Origin: Bacteroidota bacterium
GTDB taxonomy: Bacteria > Bacteroidota > Bacteroidia > B-17B0 > Aurantibacillaceae
Direction of reading: 5' to 3'
DNA: 32,000 nt
Assembly (NCBI GenBank): GCA_003153315.1
Contig: PLYA01000027.1
Coordinates: 55,469 to 87,468 of the forward strand
This document shows, piece after piece, positions 1 to 7,402 of this stretch. Every line of letters begins with the position of its first letter. Positions within the stretch are counted from its first letter, which is position 1. The position numbers and the translations under genes are program-made. Under the pieces are notes generated by a model. It did not search any database and was not told where the DNA came from. It saw nothing but the letters and a program-made list of their open reading frames with translations.

Positions 1-530
1 TGCTGGATGAAATATTATTGTTTCATAGTAAGCCTATAACTTATAGGGATTTTCCTGAAACCAAATTTGGATTGACTAGAGCCCAATATGAGCATAAAAT
101 AAACAAGATTGTAAGATTCAGCAGAGAATGTAACCCTATCATTTGTAAAAATGATATGGAAACTTGTAATGATGGCACAGAGCATTTATCGTGTAATGAA
201 GACACCAAAGAGTTTATTGAAAAAGGTGGCTTTAAAGGACACTACGATAGATTAAAAGCAGAAGAAATAGAAAGGAATAAACTATTTAGTTCACCTCAAA
301 GTATTACTAATATACATCATGGGGATAAAATAGAGGTAAAAGGAAATAATAATAGTTTTGGAGATGTTCTTCAATCTTCTAATAAGGAACAAATAATTAA
401 GCCTGCAACTCCTATTATAAAAAGTATAATACCTAAGATTATAAAAGGGTTAATTGCGGTATTAACTGCGTTTGCTGCAATAGCAACTATATATGGTATT
501 TTAAGACAATACACTACTGTTTTTAATTAA
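1..530 (+). CDS. hypothetical protein, probably 5'-truncated by the window edge; C-terminal transmembrane anchor
   Basis: The ORF-track entry 18..530 starts at a TTG. The same frame has no stop back to nt 3 (ctg gat gaa ata tta), so the gene probably begins upstream of the window. The C-terminal IIKGLIAVLTAFAAIATIYGIL is a single hydrophobic helix. There is a Cys-rich stretch, CNPIICKNDMETCNDGTEHLSC. I recognise no family. Confidence 0.5.
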   Translation, partial: LDEILLFHSKPITYRDFPETKFGLTRAQYEHKINKIVRFSRECNPIICKNDMETCNDGTEHLSCNEDTKEFIEKGGFKGHYDRLKAEEIERNKLFSSPQSITNIHHGDKIEVKGNNNSFGDVLQSSNKEQIIKPATPIIKSIIPKIIKGLIAVLTAFAAIATIYGILRQYTTVFN

Positions 531-849
531 GTTGGTTACGTTCAACAAGCGCAGGCGAGTTGCTGGGTAAGCTAAATAAATCCCGAAGGGATGCCAAACT
601 TGACAATATGCTTACGAAGGGGCTATTTAACCATAATGAGTTATTATAACGATTACGTAAAAATGAAAAAGGGACTTAATGAAGCCCCTTTGTGATAACA
701 GCCAAGCTAATGAAACCAACTGTTATCAGCGTTTTAGCTTATTGGTTTGCAATATAATAAATTAATCTTATAATTTACATTATGTTAAGTAATAAGATTG
801 AGATGCGGTTAATTAGAAAGCTTTAACATTTATATACAAACAGGTTTCT

Positions 850-857
850 TATATTTG
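850..857 (+). promoter_or_regulatory. Bacteroidota-type -7 promoter box (TATATTTG = TAnnTTTG) for the small lipoprotein gene
   Basis: tatatttg at 850-857 matches the TAnnTTTG -7 consensus of Bacteroidetes sigma-A promoters. It ends 6 nt before the ATG at 864 and contains the TTG that the ORF track used as a start. Confidence 0.35.
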
Positions 858-863
858 CGCGGT

Positions 864-1088
864 ATGGAAATAAAAAAACTACTTCTACCCCTATTTGCAA
901 TGGCTGTTTTAAGCTCTTGCACCAAAAGCAATTATAATTGTACCTGCGTTACCAAGGCAACCGGTTTCGAAACTGAAACAGATACAGTAGTAATTAAAAA
1001 TACCAAATCGGCAGCTAAAAAGGCTTGTACAGATAGAAATTACGCTTCTCAATTAGGAGATGTAACTATGACCTGTACTATAAACTAA
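864..1088 (+). CDS. small secreted lipoprotein, Cys-containing, unknown function
   Basis: MEIKKLLLPLFAMAVLSSC is a signal peptide with an LSSC lipobox. The mature part is about 55 aa with 4 further Cys. I chose the ATG at 864 over the TTG at 855, which lies inside the putative -7 box. Confidence 0.6.
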   Translation: MEIKKLLLPLFAMAVLSSCTKSNYNCTCVTKATGFETETDTVVIKNTKSAAKKACTDRNYASQLGDVTMTCTIN

Positions 1089-1100
1089 GTTAAGGTTTAG

Positions 1101-2333
1101 TTAAAAAGCTTCTACCACTTCGGTAATAATACGGGCACAGTCTTTTATCTGCTCTTCGGTAATAACCAAAGGCGGTGCAAAACGTATAATATTGCCGTGG
1201 GTTGGTTTTGCCAGCAAACCTTTATGGGCTAAGTGCAGGCAAATATCCCAGGCGGTTTTATCGGGTTGTTCGTTTATCTCAATAGCATTTAATAAACCTT
1301 TGCCGCGTACTTCTTTAAGCAAAGGAGATTTGATTTTCCTTAATTCTTCACGCAAAATAGTACCCAAATACTCCGCACGTTCGGATAGTTTTTCATCGCG
1401 CAACACTTCCAACGCCGCCATAGCTACTTTGGCAGCAATGGGGTTTCCACCATAGGTAGAACCATGCTGTCCGGGCTTAATAAGCATCATTACTTCATCA
1501 TTGGTCAACACGGCAGATACCGGATACATACCACCCGAAAGCGCTTTGCCCAGAATTAATAAATCAGGACGTACATGTTCCCAATCGCAAGCCAATAAAC
1601 GCCCTGTACGCGATAAACCCGTTTGAATTTCGTCTGCTATAAACAACACATTATGCTGTTTGCATAAATCGTAGCAGGTTTTTAAATACCCATCAGTGGG
1701 AATGATTACCCCTGCCTCTCCTTGTATAGGCTCTACTAAGAAGCCAACAATGGTTGGGTCTTTTAAAGCTTCGGCTAAAGCATTTGTATTGTTATAGGGT
1801 ATGGTTATATAACCCGTATTAAACGGGCCAAAGTTTTGTTTAGAGTCGTTATCGGTACTAAAAGAAATAATGTTTACGGTACGTCCATGAAAATTACCTG
1901 CGCATACCACAATCTTAGCCTGGTTTTCTGCTATGCCCTTCTTCTCATAACCCCATTTGCGCGCTAACTTGATGGCGGTTTCAACAGCCTCTGCACCGCT
2001 ATTCATGGGCAATACTTTATCGTAGCCAAAGTAGTTGGTTATATACTTCTCGTATTCGCCTAAAGCGCTGTTATAAAATGCCCGCGATGTTAATGCCAGT
2101 TTTTGAGCCTGTTCTATAAATACCGATGTTATTTTAGGGTGACAATGCCCCTGATTAATGGCAGAATAAGCAGAAAGGAAATCGTAATACTTTTTACCCT
2201 CCACATCCCAAACAAACACACCCTCTCCCCTATCTAAAACAACCGGTAATGGATGGTAATTATGTGCTCCGTATTTATCTTCCAACTCTATGAGCTGCTC
2301 TGCTTTTGTTTTTGTAACTTCCATAACGGGCAT
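1101..2333 (-). CDS. rocD: ornithine--oxo-acid aminotransferase (class-III PLP aminotransferase)
   Basis: The full-length 410 aa carries ornithine aminotransferase hallmarks: [58 protein letters not shown], and the PLP-lysine context LGKALSGG. Confidence 0.92.
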   Translation of the reverse strand: MPVMEVTKTKAEQLIELEDKYGAHNYHPLPVVLDRGEGVFVWDVEGKKYYDFLSAYSAINQGHCHPKITSVFIEQAQKLALTSRAFYNSALGEYEKYITNYFGYDKVLPMNSGAEAVETAIKLARKWGYEKKGIAENQAKIVVCAGNFHGRTVNIISFSTDNDSKQNFGPFNTGYITIPYNNTNALAEALKDPTIVGFLVEPIQGEAGVIIPTDGYLKTCYDLCKQHNVLFIADEIQTGLSRTGRLLACDWEHVRPDLLILGKALSGGMYPVSAVLTNDEVMMLIKPGQHGSTYGGNPIAAKVAMAALEVLRDEKLSERAEYLGTILREELRKIKSPLLKEVRGKGLLNAIEINEQPDKTAWDICLHLAHKGLLAKPTHGNIIRFAPPLVITEEQIKDCARIITEVVEAF

Positions 2334-2359
2334 GAGTATTGTGTTTAAGTATTATAGTG

Positions 2360-2390
2360 CAAATGTACAAATTAAGGCAGAGAAGCCAAA
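2360..2390 (-). promoter_or_regulatory. candidate rocD promoter (-33 TTTG / -7 TACATTTG on the minus strand)
   Basis: Plus-strand caaatgta (2360-2367) reads TACATTTG on the minus strand. caaa (2387-2390) reads TTTG, with 19 nt between the two. The -7 box lies 27 nt upstream of the rocD ATG. Confidence 0.4.
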
Positions 2391-2562
2391 ATAGAGGCGC
2401 TTTTAAACTTTATATATAAACTTTCATCTAATTGATAATTTGTTAAATGTTTAAGATAATTTAATAAAGTGTTTTAAACAGAAATTGAGATATTTGACAA
2501 AACAAAAACAGTTATATAAATTAATCTCTTTTACTATTTTTTACAGAGGTTAAAGATACTTT

Positions 2563-3882
2563 ATGTTGAACAGTATATTGCTATTTAAGAGGAAGAGTAC
2601 TACTGTTCTTGTTTTTCTGACTTGGATGTTTCTTTCGTCCGCTTCTTTTGCTCAAACAGATGATATGCCAAAAGATAGCATTCCTAAAACTATCGGTATA
2701 AATGCGGTAGAGAAGATAATTGAAAGAGATTTAATTGATGTTACCCAGAAAGTTATCCGTTTTTTTACCCCGCATAGTTTAAGGCACCCTATAGTTGCCG
2801 ACAGTTTAAAAAAGGATTCCGACATGGTGTACTTTGCCTTTCTTCCTGCGGTGGGTTATGCATTGCAAACAGGCGTAACAGGTATAGTTGCCATAAATAT
2901 TTCTTTTTTTACCAGCAAGAAATACAGAAAAGATACCAGGCTTTCTTCCTTTACCGTAAATCCGGCATTTTCATTACAAAATCAGGTTATGATACCTATT
3001 CAGTCTAATATTTGGCTTAACAAAAACAGGATAAACCTATTGGGCGACTGGCGTTATTATTTATATCCAACTGATACATACGGCTTAGGCGGGCAAACTT
3101 CTCTGTCAAATAGCAATTTGGTAAGGTATTCGTTTGTAAGAGTATATGAACAGGCTTCTAAAAGATTATTACCTAACTTTTACGTTGGGCTTGGTTATGG
3201 GCTTGACTGGCACTTTGGTATGAGCGTTCAAGAAACAGATGGTCTTGGTACAGATTTTCAGACCTATAACCATAATAAGAAAAGAACTGTATCATCCGGT
3301 CCGGTTTTAAATTTAACTTATGATAGCAGAGATAATATAAATAATCCGCATAAGGGAAATTATGCTAATGTTATTTTTCATAGTAACCTTAAAACATTTG
3401 GAAGCAATAGAGACTGGCAATCGCTTCAAATTGATTTGAGAAAGTTTATTAAACTTCATAGAAACGATAGACATGTATTGGCTTTATGGAGTTATAACTG
3501 GTTTACTTTTGGAGGAAAAGCGCCTTATTTTGACTTACCAAGCACAGGCTGGGATACTTATTCTAACACAGGTAGAGGATATATACAAGGCAGGCTTAGA
3601 GGAGATAACTTTATTTATTTAGAATCTGAATACAGGGTTACTATTACAAAAAATGGGTTGTTTGGGGGTGTTGCTTTTGCTAATGCACAAAGCGTTTCAG
3701 ATTATCCACCGGCTAACCCTAAAAATTATTTCTCTAATAGATATACAACTATTTTACCCGCTGCCGGATTAGGCATACGATTAAAGATTAATAAAGTATC
3801 TAAAGTAAACTTTGCCCTTGATTATGCTTGGGGTATGGGTGGATCAAGAGGTTTCTTCTTTAATTTATCCGAAGTATTTTAA
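2563..3882 (+). CDS. outer-membrane beta-barrel protein, Omp85/surface-antigen (D15)-like, no POTRA domains evident
   Basis: The signal peptide ends in SSASFAQT. The C-terminal region RGYIQGRLRGDNFIYLESEYRV...GGVAFANAQ...AAGLGIRLKI...FALDYAWG resembles the bacterial surface antigen barrel, and the terminal residue is F. Confidence 0.68.
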   Translation: MLNSILLFKRKSTTVLVFLTWMFLSSASFAQTDDMPKDSIPKTIGINAVEKIIERDLIDVTQKVIRFFTPHSLRHPIVADSLKKDSDMVYFAFLPAVGYALQTGVTGIVAINISFFTSKKYRKDTRLSSFTVNPAFSLQNQVMIPIQSNIWLNKNRINLLGDWRYYLYPTDTYGLGGQTSLSNSNLVRYSFVRVYEQASKRLLPNFYVGLGYGLDWHFGMSVQETDGLGTDFQTYNHNKKRTVSSGPVLNLTYDSRDNINNPHKGNYANVIFHSNLKTFGSNRDWQSLQIDLRKFIKLHRNDRHVLALWSYNWFTFGGKAPYFDLPSTGWDTYSNTGRGYIQGRLRGDNFIYLESEYRVTITKNGLFGGVAFANAQSVSDYPPANPKNYFSNRYTTILPAAGLGIRLKINKVSKVNFALDYAWGMGGSRGFFFNLSEVF

Positions 3883-3929
3883 ATCTCTCCTTTTAAAATA
3901 TAACCTCAAACAACTCTTATAGTTTAATT

Positions 3930-4170
3930 TCATTTTTCCCGCAAACGCAAAGTTATTATCCGCGATAATGCGGAACTTTTGCGCGAATACGCGGGAATTT
4001 GCCGCGAGCGCAAAGCTATTATCCGCGATGAGGCGGAACTTTTGCGCGATGATGCGGGAACTTTCCGCGAGCGCGAAGTTATTACCAGCGATAATACGGA
4101 ACTTTTGCGCGAATACGCGGAAGTTTGCCGCGAGCGCAAAGCTATCACCCGCGATGGGACGGAATGAGGG
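3930..4170. repeat. GC-rich tandem repeat: 63-bp unit x about 3.6 (units start at 3946, 4009, 4072, 4135), each built from three degenerate 21-bp modules
   Basis: Direct reading gives cgcaaagttattatccgcgataatgcggaacttttgcgcgaatacgcgggaatttgccgcgag, then two near-identical 63-bp copies and a partial fourth. It lies between the convergent OMP (+) and rng (-) genes. One 60-nt line (3961-4020) has 32 G+C, against AT-rich flanks. Confidence 0.9.
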
Positions 4171-4198
4171 CGTGGTAAATAAAAGGTTGGTAGGCTTA

Positions 4199-5755
4199 TT
4201 AAATAATTATCTCGTCGTCAGCTTCATTATAAAACTTAAACTGCATAAAATTAAAGGATGCCATGCTGCGGATAGTTATTTTACAACCTGTTGTTTTTTT
4301 CCATTTAGAAAGCAAGCTGTTCCAAAAGAAACCTTTGGTTATAAAAGCTTCTATATAAGGATGTACACAAACAGTAATTTTCTTTAAGTTTTGTTCTTTT
4401 ATAACAAAACGAAGGGTGCTTTCTATTTGCTCTACAAAAAGCACACTTGGTTGCACTTTGCCTGTACCATTACAGCTCGGACAAACTTCCTGCACATCCA
4501 CATTCATTTCAGGGCGTACACGCTGACGGGTAAGTTGTATTAAGCCAAATTTACTTGGGGGAAGTATGTTATGCTTTGCCCTATCGGTTTTCATAAACTC
4601 TTTAAACTTTTCAAAGAGTTCTCTGCGATACTCGGGGTTACGCATATCAATAAAATCCACCACAATAATACCACCCATATCGCGCAATCTTAACTGACGG
4701 GCAATTTCTGCAGCAGCTTCCAGGTTTACTTCTAAGGCATTCTCATCTTGTGAATTAGTAGATTTTGCACGGTTTCCGCTGTTTACATCAATAACGTGCA
4801 GAGCTTCGGTATGCTCAATAAAAAGGTAAGCACCACTTTTTAAGTGAACCGTTTTACCAAAGAGTGATTTTATTTGTTTCTCTATTCCAAAATGATCAAA
4901 AATAGGAAGCTTACTATCATAAGGCTTAATAATATCAAGCTGATCGGGCGCAATATTTTTAAGATAAGTGGCCAGTTCGGATTGTATGTGCTTATCGTTG
5001 GTATGTATGGCAGAAAACTTTGCATTCAGTATATCACGTAATAAGGCATTGGTTCTATCAACTTCACCTAATACACGGGCGGGTGGCTGAGCTGTTTTTA
5101 ATGTTTTAAAACACTCATCCCATTTGGCAATCAGATCGTTTAAATCTCCTTCTATTTCTGCCACAGATTTCCCTTCAGCAACCGTACGAATAATTACCCC
5201 AAAGTTTTTTGGTTTAATATTCTGAACCAATTCTTTTAGTCTTATTTTTTCTTCATTACTGCGTATTTTAGAAGATATAGAAACCTTATCAGAAAAAGGA
5301 ATCAATACCAGAAAACGCCCTGCTAAAGATATTTCGCAGGTAACACGGGGTCCTTTGGCAGAGATAGGTTCTTTAGCAACCTGTATTAATATATCCTGCC
5401 CGCTTTTAACAACGCTATTTATCTTTCCGTCTTTAGGAATATCTTTTTCCAGTTTAAAATACATCAGGTTAGAAGCATTTTGCTTACCTGATTTTACTTG
5501 TTCTAAATACTTACTAAGTGTAGCAGCTTGCGGACCTAAATCAAGATAGTGCAGAAAAGCATCCTTTTCATACCCTACATCTATAAAAGCGGCGTTTAGC
5601 CCAGTCATTACTTTACCTACCCTTCCCAGGTAAATATCTCCAACAGCCCATTTAAGATTACCTCTCTCACGGTGCAGCTCAATCAAACGCTTATCGTCTA
5701 GCAAAGCTATAACTATCTCGTCTGAGGTTTTGTTTATAATCAGTTCGTAGTTCAC
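4199..5755 (-). CDS. rng: ribonuclease G / Rne-Rng family endoribonuclease
   Basis: 518 aa. S1 domain: GDIYLGRVGKVMTGLNAAFIDVGYEKDAFLH. Catalytic-core motifs: HVIDVNSG, GGIIVVDFIDM. The start codon is GTG (plus-strand cac at 5753-5755). Confidence 0.9.
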   Translation of the reverse strand: MNYELIINKTSDEIVIALLDDKRLIELHRERGNLKWAVGDIYLGRVGKVMTGLNAAFIDVGYEKDAFLHYLDLGPQAATLSKYLEQVKSGKQNASNLMYFKLEKDIPKDGKINSVVKSGQDILIQVAKEPISAKGPRVTCEISLAGRFLVLIPFSDKVSISSKIRSNEEKIRLKELVQNIKPKNFGVIIRTVAEGKSVAEIEGDLNDLIAKWDECFKTLKTAQPPARVLGEVDRTNALLRDILNAKFSAIHTNDKHIQSELATYLKNIAPDQLDIIKPYDSKLPIFDHFGIEKQIKSLFGKTVHLKSGAYLFIEHTEALHVIDVNSGNRAKSTNSQDENALEVNLEAAAEIARQLRLRDMGGIIVVDFIDMRNPEYRRELFEKFKEFMKTDRAKHNILPPSKFGLIQLTRQRVRPEMNVDVQEVCPSCNGTGKVQPSVLFVEQIESTLRFVIKEQNLKKITVCVHPYIEAFITKGFFWNSLLSKWKKTTGCKITIRSMASFNFMQFKFYNEADDEIII

Positions 5756-5788
5756 GATAATATAATTTTATTGGTATATACGCAGAAA

Positions 5789-5812
5789 GCTGAAAAGATG
5801 ATACTTTTCAGC
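5789..5812 (-). terminator. perfect 9-bp hairpin (gctgaaaag-atgata-cttttcagc) between the small basic ORF and rng
   Basis: I read the stem directly. On the minus strand it is followed by ctttctg, a weak U-tract. It could be a terminator, an attenuator or a processing site. Confidence 0.35.
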
Positions 5813-5838
5813 AAACGGCGAATTATAAAAGAAATGGA

Positions 5839-5928
5839 TTATTTCTTTTTATGACGATTCTTTCTAAGACGCTTTTTGCGCTTATGAGTGGCCATTTTAT
5901 GACGTTTTCTTTTCTTTCCGCTTGGCAT
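5839..5928 (-). CDS. 29-aa highly basic protein, AURKAIP1/COX24-domain (ribosomal bS22-like)
   Basis: It is below the ORF track's 60-aa cutoff. Hand translation of the minus strand gives MPSGKKRKRHKMATHKRKKRLRKNRHKKK followed by a stop. The KKRKRHKM..HKRKKRLR pattern resembles actinobacterial bS22 and mitochondrial mS38-type peptides. It lies in the same orientation between the TPR gene and rng. Confidence 0.6.
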   Translation of the reverse strand: MPSGKKRKRHKMATHKRKKRLRKNRHKKK

Positions 5929-5968
5929 AGAATTAATTTTTGTGCTTTGGTTTAATTACCTCGGCTGG

Positions 5969-6796
5969 TTAAACATTACTTTTAAGTTGACTTATATATT
6001 TCTTTATTTGTTCTTTAATTTCTTTATCAGGAGTTAACTCTACGTATCTCTCCAGTGTTTCAATTGTTTTATTCTTCTCCCCCTCCTTTTCATATACATC
6101 GGCCAAAAACAAATAGGCCTCTAAGTATTCGGGATTTATTTTTACTACTTTTTTATAACGGGCTTCTGCTTTATCAAACTGACCTGATTTTACTGCGAAT
6201 GCTCCTAAGACCATTTGCACCTGTATATTTGTGCTATCGGCTCTTTCCACCTCTTTCAACATCCCTATACCTTTCATTGGGTCTGAGCTGCTTTCAACAT
6301 AACAAGAAGCTAACTGTATTTTTGCTTCTGTATAATCAGGCTTTTTGGCTAAGGCTTGGTTGTAACAATTCATGGCGCTTTGATAAAGGCTTTGTAACTG
6401 GTTCTTGTCTTTTATAAAACCCACTGAATAAAAATAACGGCTACCTGCATCGTACCATATTTTGGCTGTATTAACTTTCTCAGCTTTCTTCTCATAATAA
6501 TAGCAAGAGGCAAGAGGCATCTTTTTAGTATTAAAAAAGTCTATCAGGTTGTTTAAACCTGTAGTATCAGTAGCTTTTTTATCAAGAGTTTCATATTCTT
6601 TCTTATCCTTATCGGGCAAAGAAGAAACAATGGCATCTACAATTACTTTTATATCTACTACTTGCTGAGCTGCCTCAGTTTTTGTAGAAGTATCTTCGGC
6701 TTTTTTAACCGGTTTTTTGTTAGCAATAAATAAAAGAACGAATAATATAATTGAGCAAACAACTACGGTTAATTGTAGCGTACGCGTGTTTTTCAT
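5969..6796 (-). CDS. membrane-anchored tetratricopeptide (TPR) repeat protein
   Basis: N-terminal TM helix: LQLTVVVCSIILFVLLFIA. TPR-like repeats include YQSAMNCYNQALAKKPDY and AEARYKKVVKINPEYLEAYLFLADVYEKEG. It overlaps the HU stop by 4 nt, which suggests an operon. Confidence 0.75.
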   Translation of the reverse strand: MKNTRTLQLTVVVCSIILFVLLFIANKKPVKKAEDTSTKTEAAQQVVDIKVIVDAIVSSLPDKDKKEYETLDKKATDTTGLNNLIDFFNTKKMPLASCYYYEKKAEKVNTAKIWYDAGSRYFYSVGFIKDKNQLQSLYQSAMNCYNQALAKKPDYTEAKIQLASCYVESSSDPMKGIGMLKEVERADSTNIQVQMVLGAFAVKSGQFDKAEARYKKVVKINPEYLEAYLFLADVYEKEGEKNKTIETLERYVELTPDKEIKEQIKKYISQLKSNV

Positions 6797-7083
6797 TCTA
6801 CTTTAACATTTTTCTTAATCTTATCGGCAAAGGTTTTGGCAGGTTTAAAGGCAGGTATATAGTGTGCAGGTATATGAACCGCAGTGTTTTTAGTAATGTT
6901 GCGTCCTATTTTAGCTGCACGCTTTTTACATAAAAAAGTACCGAAACCACGCAGGTAAACGTTCTTGCCCTGCGTCATATTATTTTTTACCACTTTCATA
7001 AAAGATTCAACTGTATTAAGCACAATGGTACGCTCTACCCCCGTCTTTTCAGCTATTTCATTTACTATGTCGGCTTTGGTCAT
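6793..7083 (-). CDS. HU/IHF family DNA-binding protein
   Basis: 96 aa, MTKADIVNEIAEKTG...LRGFGTF...RNITKNTAVHIPAHYIPAFKPAK, the classic HU fold signature. Confidence 0.9.
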   Translation of the reverse strand: MTKADIVNEIAEKTGVERTIVLNTVESFMKVVKNNMTQGKNVYLRGFGTFLCKKRAAKIGRNITKNTAVHIPAHYIPAFKPAKTFADKIKKNVKVE

Positions 7084-7122
7084 TGTTTAAAATATTAATA
7101 TCTACTTTAAAAAAACAGGGGG

Positions 7123-7155
7123 CAAAGATACACTTTTTTCGTAACCTATTGCAAA
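7123..7155 (-). promoter_or_regulatory. candidate HU operon promoter (-33 TTTG / -7 TATCTTTG on the minus strand)
   Basis: Plus-strand caaagata (7123-7130) reads TATCTTTG on the minus strand. caaa (7152-7155) reads TTTG, with 21 nt between. The -7 box begins about 40 nt upstream of the HU ATG. Confidence 0.45.
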
Positions 7156-7402
7156 TTAATGTGTTTTTAGCAAAAGAAAAGATTTATACCTTATAAACCT
7201 TAGCAAGGATGCCTTTATCTTTTATATATACTTTAGTTTTATATAAAGACTTAGGGGTAGTTATTCAAACCCAATGTCATTTTTTTCAAACAAGTGTTAC
7301 TTTGTTAAGTTAAGAGTTTAGTTTGAAGTATTTATTTTAAATGTTTCACAGGGTGTTTCGCAATTCTTAAATTTACATTCTTCATTTTTAATTAAAAGAA
7401 CT

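Noticed and set aside
591-695. 34-codon ORF MPNLTICLRRGYLTIMSYYNDYVKMKKGLNEAPL in the structured intergenic region
   Set aside because: It has no promoter box and no recognisable motif, and it overlaps predicted stems. It is more likely noncoding.
3930-4387. Three overlapping ORFs in the track (3930..4148 -, 3968..4387 +, 3979..4167 +) with repetitive, Arg/Ser/Ala-rich translations
   Set aside because: They all lie on the 63-bp tandem repeat. Its GC-rich composition and multiple-of-3 period keep several frames free of stops. The ORFs overlap each other on both strands, two start at arbitrary positions, and 3968..4387 runs into the rng 3' end. They are repeat artefacts, not genes.
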